From an uncultured Candidatus Saccharibacteria bacterium (GTDB taxonomy: Bacteria; Patescibacteriota; Minisyncoccia; Minisyncoccales; UBA10102), in NCBI GenBank assembly GCA_964479725.1, contig CAYZNF010000002.1:1383-65382 (forward strand): a stretch of 64,000 nt of DNA, written 5' to 3'. Position 1 is the stretch's first letter; each line of letters opens with the position of its first letter. Positions 11,029-20,906 of the stretch are shown in pieces. The notes below the pieces were generated by a model that did not search any database, had not been told where the DNA came from, and worked only from the letters and a program-made list of their open reading frames with translations. A program made the position numbers and the translations under genes.

Positions 11029-11214
11029 ATGGCTACGAAAGCGTTGATCGAAAAATCCAAGCGAAGACCAAAATTCAGCACTAGGAAGGTAAGGCGATGT
11101 TTTCGGTGTGGCAGGAAACGCGCCTTTATGCGGGATTTCGGACTTTGCAGGATTTGTTTTCGAGAAATGGCTAATAAAGGATTAATTCCCGGTATTAAAA
11201 AATCAAGCTGGTAA
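11029..11214 (+). CDS. rpsZ: 30S ribosomal protein S14, zinc-binding type Z
   Basis: 61 aa, RCFRCGR...LCRICFRE. Confidence 0.97.
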   Translation: MATKALIEKSKRRPKFSTRKVRRCFRCGRKRAFMRDFGLCRICFREMANKGLIPGIKKSSW

Positions 11215-11216
11215 AT

Positions 11217-11609
11217 ATGGTAGATCCAATCGCAGACATGTTAAATAGGATTCAGAATGCCCAAGCTGTCCAAAAAGAGACGGTAGAGGTGCCTTTTTCG
11301 CAGCTAAAATACGGTATTGCCAAAATTCTCGAACATACGGGTTTTGTCAAGAAAGTTGATTTTAAGGGAAGAAAGGTAAAGAAGCTTATCGAAATCCACT
11401 TGAAGTACGATAAAGCGGGAGTCCCCAACATTACGGGAGTCAAAAAAGTGTCTCGTCCTGGCCAGCGCATATATGCGGCAGCCGCGGAATTGCGCGGGGT
11501 GAGGAGCGGGCACGGAGTGGTTGTTGTTTCAACCCCCAAAGGGCTCATGACATACAGAGAAGCAAAAAAGCAAAACGTTGGCGGAGAAGTTTTATGTGAA
11601 GTCTGGTAA
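11217..11609 (+). CDS. rpsH: 30S ribosomal protein S8
   Basis: DPIADML, SRPGQRIY, STPKGLMT, GGEVLCEVW. Confidence 0.98.
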   Translation: MVDPIADMLNRIQNAQAVQKETVEVPFSQLKYGIAKILEHTGFVKKVDFKGRKVKKLIEIHLKYDKAGVPNITGVKKVSRPGQRIYAAAAELRGVRSGHGVVVVSTPKGLMTYREAKKQNVGGEVLCEVW

Positions 11610-11617
11610 AGAAACAT

Positions 11618-12184
11618 ATGAGCAGAATAGGAAAAAAACCAATTGAAATACCGGCCGGAGTCCAGGCGCAAATACAAGGTCAAAAGATTTCTGTACAGGG
11701 CCCAAAAGGGACTTTGAATCTTGAGGCGCATACCAACCTTAAGCTTAAGCTTGAAGATAGCCTAATTTCCGTGATTCCTGCGCGTATGGATTCTCAAGGC
11801 AGGATTGAGAAAGATACCCGCGCTTTGTGGGGCTTAACCCGTGCTTTGATTGCGAATATGGTCAAGGGAGTGGTTTCTGGATATGAGAAAAAGCTTGAAA
11901 TCGAGGGCGTCGGTTATAAGGCTGCGCTGGAAGGCGCTACTCTTGTTCTGAATGTTGGATTTACCCATTCTATAAAAATTGTGCCTCCGCAGGGAATAGT
12001 GTTCAGCGTGGATAAAAATGTTATTGCCGTGAATGGGATAGACAAAGGATTGGTAGGAGAAATGGCCGCTCAAGTGCGAGCCGCCCGCCCAGTTGAGCCC
12101 TATAAAGGAAAGGGAATAAAGTATGTTGGAGAATTTGTACGTCGAAAAGCTGGGAAAAAGACAACAACCTCTGCGGGAGCATAG
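11618..12184 (+). CDS. rplF: 50S ribosomal protein L6
   Basis: MSRIGKKPI, EPYKGKGIKY. Confidence 0.98.
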   Translation: MSRIGKKPIEIPAGVQAQIQGQKISVQGPKGTLNLEAHTNLKLKLEDSLISVIPARMDSQGRIEKDTRALWGLTRALIANMVKGVVSGYEKKLEIEGVGYKAALEGATLVLNVGFTHSIKIVPPQGIVFSVDKNVIAVNGIDKGLVGEMAAQVRAARPVEPYKGKGIKYVGEFVRRKAGKKTTTSAGA

Positions 12185-12190
12185 TCCATT

Positions 12191-12544
12191 ATGAAAAAAA
12201 TAACCCGACAACAGCATAGACAAATTCGCCACAGAAGAGTGCGAGCAAAAATACTGCAGAATGCGGGTATTCCCCGTTTGACTGTGTTTCGATCGAACAA
12301 GCATTTTTATGCCCAGCTTGTTGATGATGAACACGGAGCTGTAATCGGGGCTGTATCCGACAAGGAAATTAAAAAACAAAAAGGGGATCGGGTTTCTGTG
12401 GCAAAGGAAATCGGCAAGATGATTGCGGCGAAAGCCAAGGAAAAGAAAATTGAAAAAATAGTGTTTGATCGCGGCGGATATAAATACCATGGCAACGTGA
12501 AAGCTTTAGCCGAAGGCGCGAGAGAAGGCGGATTAGTTTTCTAA
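12191..12544 (+). CDS. rplR: 50S ribosomal protein L18
   Basis: PRLTVFRSNKH, FDRGGYKYHG, AREGGL. Confidence 0.98.
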   Translation: MKKITRQQHRQIRHRRVRAKILQNAGIPRLTVFRSNKHFYAQLVDDEHGAVIGAVSDKEIKKQKGDRVSVAKEIGKMIAAKAKEKKIEKIVFDRGGYKYHGNVKALAEGAREGGLVF

Positions 12545-12556
12545 CGACAAGTTACT

Positions 12557-13138
12557 ATGCCAATCAATACAGACACACCCAATACTAAAAAGACACGCGG
12601 CTTTGGCCGGGGACCGCGTCACGATCGTCCGCCAAGGCCCAAGGACGAATTCGACCCGAAGCTTTTGGATTTGGCGCGCGTTGCCCGCGTTGCCGCCGGA
12701 GGACGCAGGTTTAGCTTTAGGGCAGTTGTTGTCGCAGGAGACAAAAAGGGCAGGGTTGGAATTGGGGTTGCAAAGGGAGTTGATGTTGCCCAAGCCATGC
12801 AAAAAGCGACAACCCAGGCAAAAAAACACATGATTACCGTATCAGTCGAAGGCAATACGATTCCTTATGCCGTAGAAGCGAAGTTTGGCTCTTCCCGTGT
12901 TTTGTTGCGGCCCCAGCGCGCCGGAAGAGGTTTGGTAGCCGGAGGACCTGTTCGCATTATCTGCGAAAAGGCAGGCATCCAGGACATCTCCGCTAAATTT
13001 CTTTCAAAGACGCACAACAAACTAAACAATGCATTGGTAACGATAGAAGCTTTAAAAAAGCTGCGGGTTAAACCCAAGCCCGTGAAGCCAGCGGAGGAGC
13101 CTGCTAAAGAAGTACCGATGCAGCCAGCAGCAATCTAA
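12557..13138 (+). CDS. rpsE: 30S ribosomal protein S5
   Basis: RVARVAAGGRRFSFRAVVVAGD, GLVAGGPVR. Confidence 0.97.
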   Translation: MPINTDTPNTKKTRGFGRGPRHDRPPRPKDEFDPKLLDLARVARVAAGGRRFSFRAVVVAGDKKGRVGIGVAKGVDVAQAMQKATTQAKKHMITVSVEGNTIPYAVEAKFGSSRVLLRPQRAGRGLVAGGPVRIICEKAGIQDISAKFLSKTHNKLNNALVTIEALKKLRVKPKPVKPAEEPAKEVPMQPAAI

Positions 13139-13142
13139 TAAT

Positions 13143-13577
13143 ATGCAGTTGCACGAACTCAAACCACAATATCCCGCCAAGAAGCGAAAGCGAGTTGGCA
13201 GGGGCGGAAAACGAGGTACCTATTCCGGCAAAGGAATGAAAGGGCAAAACTCGAGAACCGGCACCCAATTTAAACCCATTATCAGGGAGCTTATTAAGCG
13301 GTACCCAAAAATGCGCGGGTACAGGTTCAAGTCTATACGGCCTTTAGTACAGCCGGTAAACGTAAGTGATTTGAATTCCGCGTTTAAGGCTGATGAAAAA
13401 GTTACCCCAGCTGCTTTGGCGGAAAAGGGGATAATTCGAATATTGAAGAGTAAAGCCATAGCAGTAAAAGTCCTTGGGGGCGGAGCGCTCGATAAATCTC
13501 TGACAATAGAAGGATGCGCAGTTTCAAAGAGCGCGAAAGAAAAAATCGAAAAAGCGGGAGGGAAAGTTATGATATAA
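13143..13577 (+). CDS. rplO: 50S ribosomal protein L15
   Basis: RVGRGGKRGTYSGKGMKGQ, KIEKAGG; follows rpsE directly (no rpmD). Confidence 0.97.
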   Translation: MQLHELKPQYPAKKRKRVGRGGKRGTYSGKGMKGQNSRTGTQFKPIIRELIKRYPKMRGYRFKSIRPLVQPVNVSDLNSAFKADEKVTPAALAEKGIIRILKSKAIAVKVLGGGALDKSLTIEGCAVSKSAKEKIEKAGGKVMI

Positions 13578-13584
13578 TTTTAAG

Positions 13585-14874
13585 ATGGATTGGTTTTCTA
13601 AAATAGTTCAGCTTTTTAAAATTAAAGATCTTCGGACCAAAATACTTTTTGTCTTGGGGATTTTTGTTGTATTCCGGCTTATGGCCAATATCCCGATTCC
13701 CAGCATTGACGCTGAAGGATTGCGGAGGCTCGTTTCCGAAAACCAGGCGTTGGGCTTGCTAAACCTGTTTACGGGAGGCGCCATGGATAATGTTTCCATT
13801 GTCATGCTTGGATTGGGTCCATACATTACGGCCACAATTATCCTCCAGCTTTTGACAATGATTTTTCCTGCTTTGGAACGCTTGTACAAGGAGGAGGGTG
13901 AAGCCGGACGAAGAAAGTTTAACCAGTACGGCAGAATGTTAACCATACCCTTCGCGTTTGTGCAGGGGTATGGGTTTATGGCGCTTTTAAAAAGCCAAAA
14001 CGCCTTGGCCCCCAATATTACATCTTTTGATTATCTGTTGACCCTTATTACTATTACAGGGGCTACCATGTTTCTGGTATGGCTGGGAGAATTGATCACC
14101 GAAAGGGGAATTGGAAACGGAGTTTCTTTGCTGATTTTTGCTGGCATTGTGGCAGATCTTCCCCGTAGCATCGGGCAAATGATAACGAGTACGGAAGCCA
14201 ACCCCACCCTTGTCATGAACCTTGTTATTTTCCTGGCAATGGCGCTCGTCATTATTATGGGAGTCGTATTCGTAACCCAGGCAAGGAGAAATATTCCCGT
14301 TTCATACGCAAAACGCGTCCGCGGGAACAAAATGTTTGGCGGCGTCTCCACGTATTTGCCTTTGAATATCAATCCGGCCGGAGTAATACCCATTATCTTT
14401 GCTCTGTCTTTGCTTGTGTTTCCCACTATGATTGCCGGATTTTTCCAGACGGCTCCCGGAGTAATGGGAGACATTGCTAAATCTGTGCAAACGTTTTTCA
14501 CAAACCAGTGGATCTATGGCGTCTTGTATTTTCTTCTTGTGGGCCTGTTTACATTTTTTTACACTGCGGTTACTTTTGACCCAAAATCCATTTCTTCAAA
14601 CTTGCAAAAAATGGGGGGGTTTATCCCCGGCGTGCGTCCCGGCGAATCTACCGCCCATTACATTATGTACACCTTAAACCGCATCCTGTTTGTGGGAGCT
14701 CTATTTTTAGGGACTATCGCGGTCATGCCTTCCATTATCCAGGGTTTTACCAGAATCTCGCAATTTTCCTTTTTGATTGGCGGCACAGCCCTTCTCATAG
14801 TGGTAAGCGTTGTGCTTGAAACCATACGCCAAATCCGTGCTCAAATGAAAATGCGCGACTATGAATCTTTCTAA
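13585..14874 (+). CDS. secY: Preprotein translocase subunit SecY
   Basis: LGLGPYITA, GIGNGVSLLIF, AGVIPIIFA, FIPGVRPG; many TM segments. Confidence 0.99.
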   Translation: MDWFSKIVQLFKIKDLRTKILFVLGIFVVFRLMANIPIPSIDAEGLRRLVSENQALGLLNLFTGGAMDNVSIVMLGLGPYITATIILQLLTMIFPALERLYKEEGEAGRRKFNQYGRMLTIPFAFVQGYGFMALLKSQNALAPNITSFDYLLTLITITGATMFLVWLGELITERGIGNGVSLLIFAGIVADLPRSIGQMITSTEANPTLVMNLVIFLAMALVIIMGVVFVTQARRNIPVSYAKRVRGNKMFGGVSTYLPLNINPAGVIPIIFALSLLVFPTMIAGFFQTAPGVMGDIAKSVQTFFTNQWIYGVLYFLLVGLFTFFYTAVTFDPKSISSNLQKMGGFIPGVRPGESTAHYIMYTLNRILFVGALFLGTIAVMPSIIQGFTRISQFSFLIGGTALLIVVSVVLETIRQIRAQMKMRDYESF

Positions 14875-15580
14875 AGGGGAAACAAAACCTTATCTTGCGA
14901 TTTTTCTTGGGGCGCCCGGAGCCGGCAAAGGAACGCAATCTACCCTGGTTTCAGAACATTTCCGTCTGCAGAGGATTGAAACAAGCAAACTTTTGGAAGC
15001 ACGCTTTAAAAGCGCAAAAGAGGACGATGAAATAGAAGTTTCGGGAAAGCGCTATGTGATTGCCGAGCAAGAGCACAGGTGGCGGACCGGACTGCTTTGT
15101 GAAGATGGGTTTGTAGCTTTTATTGTAGGAGAAAAGTTGCAAGAATTATACGCGGGCGGCAAGAGCGTTGTGCTCGACGGCTTTCCCCGCACAATAGGAC
15201 AGCTAGAGCCTTTGCTCCCGTTTATTCTCGACTCTTTTGGAAAAGATCATATTGCTGTGATTTATATTGATATACAGGAGGAGGAAGCGGTGTTTCGCAA
15301 TTCAAATAGGAGGATTTGCGATTTAATGCGTCATCCCATCCTTTTCACGCCTGAAACCGAAAACTTAACGATGTGCCCTTTGGACGGATCAAAGCTTGTC
15401 AAACGCGCTTTGGACGATCCCAAGGTAATCAAGGTGCGTTTTGAAGAATTCCGCACCCAAACACTGCCCTTGCTCAACTATTTTGCAGATCAGGAAATTC
15501 CGCTCCATACTGTGAAAGCGGAGCAATCCGTGGTCAATGTTTTTTCGCACGTTTCTGAAATTTTAGGCAAACTATCATAA
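14861..15580 (+). CDS. adk: Adenylate/NMP kinase, LID-containing paralog
   Basis: GAPGAGKGT, LDGFPRT, LID RRIC..H...CPLDG. Confidence 0.85.
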   Translation: MNLSKGETKPYLAIFLGAPGAGKGTQSTLVSEHFRLQRIETSKLLEARFKSAKEDDEIEVSGKRYVIAEQEHRWRTGLLCEDGFVAFIVGEKLQELYAGGKSVVLDGFPRTIGQLEPLLPFILDSFGKDHIAVIYIDIQEEEAVFRNSNRRICDLMRHPILFTPETENLTMCPLDGSKLVKRALDDPKVIKVRFEEFRTQTLPLLNYFADQEIPLHTVKAEQSVVNVFSHVSEILGKLS

Positions 15581-15586
15581 ATTATT

Positions 15587-16171
15587 ATGCGCATTCTCTC
15601 TATCCTGGGACGTCCCGGAGCGGGGAAAGGAACTCAAATAAAACTTCTTTTAGAACAGACGGGTTTTGAAGCGATAAAAACCGGTGATCTTTTGAGAGAC
15701 CGCAGCAAAAAAGGAGATGCGGTAGGCGACAAGCTCCGCGATATTTTGGATAACGGGCTTTTGGTGCCCACCCCAATAGTATTTTCATTGTGGATGCCAA
15801 AGCTTGAGCAGATTTATAACGAAGGCAAAGTAAAAGGAATTATTTTCGATGGCAATCCCAGGAAGCTATACGAAGCAATGATGCTTGAAGAGCTCTGTTT
15901 GATGTTTGGCTGGGCTAAAAATTTCCGCGCCTGCTACATTAATGTTCACGAAGAAGAAGCCGAAAAGCGTTTGCTCGAACGGGGCCGGTTCGACGATAAT
16001 AACAAAGAGATACAAGAGCGATTCTCCTGGTTTAATAACGAGGTAATGGAGGTTGTGGAGCGCTACCGAAAAATGGGAGTGCTTGTTGAGGTAAACGGCA
16101 CCCAGCCGGTTGAGGCGGTGCATCGGGATATATTTGGCAATTTAGGTTCTTTTTTAGATGATCTCAATTAA
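15587..16171 (+). CDS. adk: Adenylate/NMP kinase, short LID-less paralog
   Basis: GRPGAGKGT, TGDLLR, DGNPR, RGRFDD. Confidence 0.85.
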   Translation: MRILSILGRPGAGKGTQIKLLLEQTGFEAIKTGDLLRDRSKKGDAVGDKLRDILDNGLLVPTPIVFSLWMPKLEQIYNEGKVKGIIFDGNPRKLYEAMMLEELCLMFGWAKNFRACYINVHEEEAEKRLLERGRFDDNNKEIQERFSWFNNEVMEVVERYRKMGVLVEVNGTQPVEAVHRDIFGNLGSFLDDLN

Positions 16172-16901
16172 ATCAAAAGAAGATATTGCAAAGATGCGGG
16201 AGGGCGGAAAAATCCTTGCTCGTATCCTTGACCAGATTCTTTTGAAAATTAAAGCTGGCGCTGCTGCGGAAGAATTAGACAAGGCCGCAAAAGCTCTCAT
16301 TTTGCAATCTGGGGCAAAAGTTGCTTTCGAGGGTTACCAAGGCTTTCCCGCGGCTTTGTGTGTTTCCATAAACGAAGAGGTCGTGCATGGGGTTCCTTCC
16401 TCGCGCATCCTAAAGGAGGGGGATATTGTTACCATTGATATTGGCTTGGTTTGGAAAGGATTTTATGTTGACATGGCGCGCACGGTTCCTGTGGGACAGG
16501 CGAGCCCCGAAGCCCTGCGGCTCATACGAGTTGCAAAAAAAGCATTGCGACTGGGGATTAAAAAAGTGCATCCCGGTGCTACGGTGGGGGATATTGGCAA
16601 CACCATACAGAGGTTTGTCGAAAGCCAAAAATTCCAAATTGTGCGCGATCTTTGCGGGCATGGCATTGGCAAAGACTTGCACGAGGATCCTTTGATATTG
16701 AACTATGGCGAGCGCCATACGGGAACAGAACTCAAAGAAGGCATGGCTATTTGCATTGAACCCATGATTACAATGGGGGACTGGCATGTAAAGCAAGCCA
16801 TTGACGGTTTTGTGTTTACTACCGTGGACAATTCTCTTGCGGCCCATTTTGAGGACACCATTGCCGTTACAGAGAATGGATGCGAGGTCCTAACTTCATG
16901 A
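16158..16901 (+). CDS. map: Methionine aminopeptidase type I
   Basis: SINEEVVHG, DIG...D, GHGIG..LHEDP, IEPMI, AHFEDT. Confidence 0.98.
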   Translation: MISIKSKEDIAKMREGGKILARILDQILLKIKAGAAAEELDKAAKALILQSGAKVAFEGYQGFPAALCVSINEEVVHGVPSSRILKEGDIVTIDIGLVWKGFYVDMARTVPVGQASPEALRLIRVAKKALRLGIKKVHPGATVGDIGNTIQRFVESQKFQIVRDLCGHGIGKDLHEDPLILNYGERHTGTELKEGMAICIEPMITMGDWHVKQAIDGFVFTTVDNSLAAHFEDTIAVTENGCEVLTS

Positions 16902-16951
16902 AAATACTCAAAGATCGTCAAATCTGCGATTTTTTGGTAGGGTATAAGAAT

Positions 16952-17812
16952 ATGACGTCTTCAGTATTGACACAAGAGAATACACAGAAGGTTTTAGCAC
17001 AAATGAGTGCCAAGCCATACTTTAGCGAGGATAATTTTGTTTTATATCATGGAGACAGCTTAAAATTGCTTCAGGATATTCCAGAAAATTCCATTGATAT
17101 GATTTTTGCAGATCCTCCATATTTTCTATCCAACGGAGGATTCACTGTTCATGCTGGAAAACGCGTGAGTGTTGATAAAGGAGAATGGGATGTAAGCAAG
17201 GGGGTAGCGAAAGATCTCGAGTTTCATATCGAGTGGATTAAGGCATGTCGCCGAGTATTAAAACCAAATGGAACTATTTGGATAAGCGGTACCTACCACT
17301 CAATCTATCTCTGTGGAGCCGCTCTTTTGATGTCTGACTATCATATTTTGAATGACATTGCTTGGTTTAAACCCAATGCTTCCCCTAACTTAAGTGGACG
17401 GTATTTTACTGCCAGCCACGAAACTTTAATTTGGGCTAGAAAAGAAAAGAAGGCAAAGCACAAATTTAACTATAAGTTAATGAAAGAGGGAAGATGGCCG
17501 GAAGATTTTCTCAAAAAATCAGATAAACAAATGCGGTCAGTATGGGCAATGAATACTCCTCAAGCATGGGAAAAAACTTTTGGTAAACACCCAACACAAA
17601 AACCATTCGACTTATTAAAACGTATTGTGCTAGCTAGTACCTACGAAAATGATATAGTCTTGGATCCTTTCGCGGGTAGTTCAACGACCGGACTTGCGGC
17701 CTACACAAATAAAAGAAAGTTTATCGGGATAGATTTAGAGGAAAAGTATTTAGATTTGTCGATTAAGAGATTTAAAGAAATGAAAAGTAAGACTAGAAGC
17801 AAACTACTTTAA
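16952..17812 (+). CDS. Site-specific DNA methyltransferase, beta class (DpnA-like); alternative start 16898
   Basis: DMIFADPPYFLSNGG, GKHPTQKP, LDPFAGSSTT with motif IV before motif I. Confidence 0.92.
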   Translation: MTSSVLTQENTQKVLAQMSAKPYFSEDNFVLYHGDSLKLLQDIPENSIDMIFADPPYFLSNGGFTVHAGKRVSVDKGEWDVSKGVAKDLEFHIEWIKACRRVLKPNGTIWISGTYHSIYLCGAALLMSDYHILNDIAWFKPNASPNLSGRYFTASHETLIWARKEKKAKHKFNYKLMKEGRWPEDFLKKSDKQMRSVWAMNTPQAWEKTFGKHPTQKPFDLLKRIVLASTYENDIVLDPFAGSSTTGLAAYTNKRKFIGIDLEEKYLDLSIKRFKEMKSKTRSKLL

Positions 17813-17816
17813 GATT

Positions 17817-18341
17817 ATGAAAAGAGGAGGTATAGGAGGCGCAAATACAAGGACGGGGCTACATTTTGAAGGAAGGGTTGATTTATTAACTCTCATCGAT
17901 CGACTAAAAAATTATAGCGTGAAAGGAAACGTAATTTTTTATAATGGCGAAAAAATAGCTCTTTCCTTTAAAAAGCATGGGCTTTATACATATCTTGAAG
18001 AAAATGGGATCGATTACAAAAAACTTATTTCAAGGAAGCTTCTTCCCGATGATGCTATTTTTGTAATCACAAACAATACTTTCTATATCCTAGAAATGAA
18101 ATTTCAGGAGGTGGAAGGGTCAACGGATGAAAAACTGCAAACTTGCGACTTCAAAATAAAACAATATCGAAAGTTATTATCGCAATTAAACGTAGAAGTT
18201 GAATATATCTATATTTTGAGCAACTGGTTCAAAAAACCGATATATAAAGATGTACTCGATTATGTAATTACCGTACCTGGATGTTCGTATTATTTTGAGT
18301 ATCTCCCGCTTCAAAAAATCGGTCTTCACGTGCCGGAATAA
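17817..18341 (+). CDS. PD-(D/E)XK nuclease, putative restriction endonuclease
   Basis: LLPDD...ILEMKFQ motif; 4 nt downstream of the MTase; AT-rich. Confidence 0.75.
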   Translation: MKRGGIGGANTRTGLHFEGRVDLLTLIDRLKNYSVKGNVIFYNGEKIALSFKKHGLYTYLEENGIDYKKLISRKLLPDDAIFVITNNTFYILEMKFQEVEGSTDEKLQTCDFKIKQYRKLLSQLNVEVEYIYILSNWFKKPIYKDVLDYVITVPGCSYYFEYLPLQKIGLHVPE

Positions 18342-18451
18342 AAAAATCCTAAATTTTTACAATTGAAAAAATTATCGTCTGCAAACGTCGCCTGTCGGAG
18401 CGAAAGTCCTTTCCTTTTTGTTTTTGGGGAAATATAGTATAATTGCAAAAT

Positions 18452-19201
18452 ATGCACTTATCCGTAATTATCCCCTCGTACAACGAGGAAAAACGTTTGC
18501 CAAAAACTCTAAAGGCGGTTGATGAGTACTTGAAAAAACAGGATTACGATTATGAAATTCTTGTCGTAAATGACGGCTCAAAAGACAAGACTGCCGATGT
18601 TGTTCATGAATTCGGTGCTTCAATAAAGAATTTGCGTTTCGTGGACAACAAAAAAAACCATGGCAAAGGATATGTCGTGCGGCAGGGGATGCTCGAGGCA
18701 AAAGGGAAGTATCGTGTGTTTATGGATGCCGACAATTCAACTTCGGTTGATCACGTGGGTTTAATGTGGCCGCTGTTTGGTCAGGGCAAGGATATTGTTA
18801 TCGGGTCCCGCGATCTCAAAGAATCTGTTATACCTGTGCGCCAGCCGTGGTGGCGGGAAAGGCTTGGGGATATTTTCAATCTTATTGTCCAATTTACTTC
18901 CGGGCTTTGGGGTATGTGGGATACGCAGTGCGGATTTAAGGGGTTTACCGAAAAATCAGCCGTTGATGTGTTTTCCGGGGCAGTCGTTGACAGATGGGCT
19001 TTTGACGTTGAACTTTTGGTTATAGCTAAAAAAAGGGGGTATTCGATTGCGGAAATTCCTGTTACCTGGATAAACGATGCAAGCAGTAAGGTAACACTGA
19101 AAGGAATGATCCGTATGCTGTTTGAAGTCTTGCAAATCAGGTTAAACTCCATGAGAGGTATGTATGGCAAAAAACGAGAAGAGCAAAAAACCCCTGCCTA
19201 A
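18452..19201 (+). CDS. GT2 glycosyltransferase (dolichyl-phosphate glucosyltransferase-like)
   Basis: SVIIPSYNE, VNDGSKD, NHGKG, DAD, DTQCGFK, FDVELL. Confidence 0.93.
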   Translation: MHLSVIIPSYNEEKRLPKTLKAVDEYLKKQDYDYEILVVNDGSKDKTADVVHEFGASIKNLRFVDNKKNHGKGYVVRQGMLEAKGKYRVFMDADNSTSVDHVGLMWPLFGQGKDIVIGSRDLKESVIPVRQPWWRERLGDIFNLIVQFTSGLWGMWDTQCGFKGFTEKSAVDVFSGAVVDRWAFDVELLVIAKKRGYSIAEIPVTWINDASSKVTLKGMIRMLFEVLQIRLNSMRGMYGKKREEQKTPA

Positions 19202-20237
19202 GGTGCAAAAAGTATTGGTTCCCTCGGAACTTCGGTATGATTTGGTATCGGAGGATTGGGTTGTGATTGCCACGGGGCGGGCAAAAAGACCCGAAGCTTT
19301 TAAGCGTGACACAAAACAACTTCCTGCCGCGCCTAAAGCTGTCTGCCCTTTTGAAAAAATCGAAACCCAGGAATATCCCACGCTTGCGTACTATAAGGGC
19401 GAGAAAATTGCTGAATTTCCCGATGATATTTCCGTTCTTCGATGGACTACCGTTGCATTTCCAAATAAATTTCCGGCATTCGCGCCCGGCATTTCAATGC
19501 GAGGCAGGAGCATTGGACCGTACCGTGTAACCGACGGGGTGGGTTTTCACGAAGTCATCACTACCAAAGACCATACCAAAGATATCCCTGATTTTACCCA
19601 GCGGCAGGTAAAAGAATTGATTGACGTATATCAGGAAAGGTACTTGGCTCTGATGGGTCAGGCATTCGTGCGGTATATTTCAATATTCAAAAACAAAGGC
19701 CCGTCTGCCGGGGCTACTGTGGGACACCCCCATTCACAGCTTATTGCTGTTCCCGTAACTGATCCTGAAATACAGCGAAGCCTTGATAGTTCTTATAAAT
19801 TTTTCAGCATAGAAAGAAAATGCGTGCATTGTGTTATGCTCGCCTGGGACAGGCAGGAGAAATCAAGGGTAGTATATGAAAACGATTGCTTTACCGTGGT
19901 GACTCCCTTTGCCAGCCGTGTTGCTTTTGAAATGCGTATTTACCCAATTGAGCATTTGGCATATTTTGAACGGGAAGGTGAACACCAGAAAGAATGTTTT
20001 GCCGATGCTTTGCATATAGCCTTGAGAAAGCTTTCAAAAGCCTTGAAAGACCCTGATTATAATTATTATTTACACACCGCTCCTGCCGACAAAAGGGATT
20101 ACGACCAGTATCACTGGCATTTGGAAATTTTGCCGAAAACTGCCACATGGGCGGGATTTGAATTGGGGACCGGCATTGAAATTTCAACGATTGAACCCGA
20201 AAAAGCGGCAGAATTTTTGCGGAACCAAAAAGTATGA
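19164..20237 (+). CDS. galT: Galactose-1-phosphate uridylyltransferase family protein
   Basis: ELRYD..WVVIA..RAKRP, NKFPA, GATVGHPHSQL, AGFELGTG. Confidence 0.9.
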   Translation: MAKNEKSKKPLPKVQKVLVPSELRYDLVSEDWVVIATGRAKRPEAFKRDTKQLPAAPKAVCPFEKIETQEYPTLAYYKGEKIAEFPDDISVLRWTTVAFPNKFPAFAPGISMRGRSIGPYRVTDGVGFHEVITTKDHTKDIPDFTQRQVKELIDVYQERYLALMGQAFVRYISIFKNKGPSAGATVGHPHSQLIAVPVTDPEIQRSLDSSYKFFSIERKCVHCVMLAWDRQEKSRVVYENDCFTVVTPFASRVAFEMRIYPIEHLAYFEREGEHQKECFADALHIALRKLSKALKDPDYNYYLHTAPADKRDYDQYHWHLEILPKTATWAGFELGTGIEISTIEPEKAAEFLRNQKV

Positions 20238-20887
20238 TACAACTCCTTGAGCAATTGCTTTCGATTCTTTCATCTTTTGTTATTTCCACTATCGAAGCCA
20301 CAAGCTACTGGGGCATTGGTTTTCTTATGGCCTTGGAGAGCGCCAATATTCCAATTCCCTCTGAAGTCGTCATGCCCTTTTCCGGCTTTTTGGTTTGGGA
20401 GGAGAAACTCACTTTCGGGCTTGTGGTGCTGGCCGGAGCCCTGGGAAATTTGGTCGGCTCTATTGCATCCTATTACCTGGGTAAATGGGGCGGCAGGCCC
20501 TTCTTGGAGCGCTACGGGCGATATTTTTTTGTGAGCCGGCATGATTTGGACTTGGCTGACAAACTATTTTCAAAATACGGCACAATTACCATTTTTGCTT
20601 CGCGAATGCTTCCTATTGTGCGTACGTTTATTTCTTTCCCGGCTGGCATGGCGAAAATGAATATCTGGAAATTTTCCGCCTATACATTCGCGGGATCTTT
20701 ATTGTGGAGCATTGTTCTTACATACGTTGGAGTGATTACGGGAGAAAACTGGCACTCTTTGGAAAAATATTTCAGGAAATTTGATTGGCTTATTGCGGCA
20801 GTGCTAATTGTTTTGGGAGCATGGTGGATATGGCGACACATTAGAGTCATGAAGCGTGAAGCGTATAGCGAAAAGCGAAAGTTATGA
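20234..20887 (+). CDS. DedA family membrane protein
   Basis: LMALESANIPIPSEVVMPFSG, RMLPIVRTFISFPAG. Confidence 0.93.
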   Translation: MIQLLEQLLSILSSFVISTIEATSYWGIGFLMALESANIPIPSEVVMPFSGFLVWEEKLTFGLVVLAGALGNLVGSIASYYLGKWGGRPFLERYGRYFFVSRHDLDLADKLFSKYGTITIFASRMLPIVRTFISFPAGMAKMNIWKFSAYTFAGSLLWSIVLTYVGVITGENWHSLEKYFRKFDWLIAAVLIVLGAWWIWRHIRVMKREAYSEKRKL

Positions 20888-20906
20888 ACAATTATTATAT
20901 ATAACA

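Noticed and set aside
23-16900. Numerous minus-strand and alternate-frame ORFs of 60-260 aa over the ribosomal operon
   Set aside because: Shadow ORFs antisense to well-supported conserved genes, with no recognisable motifs.
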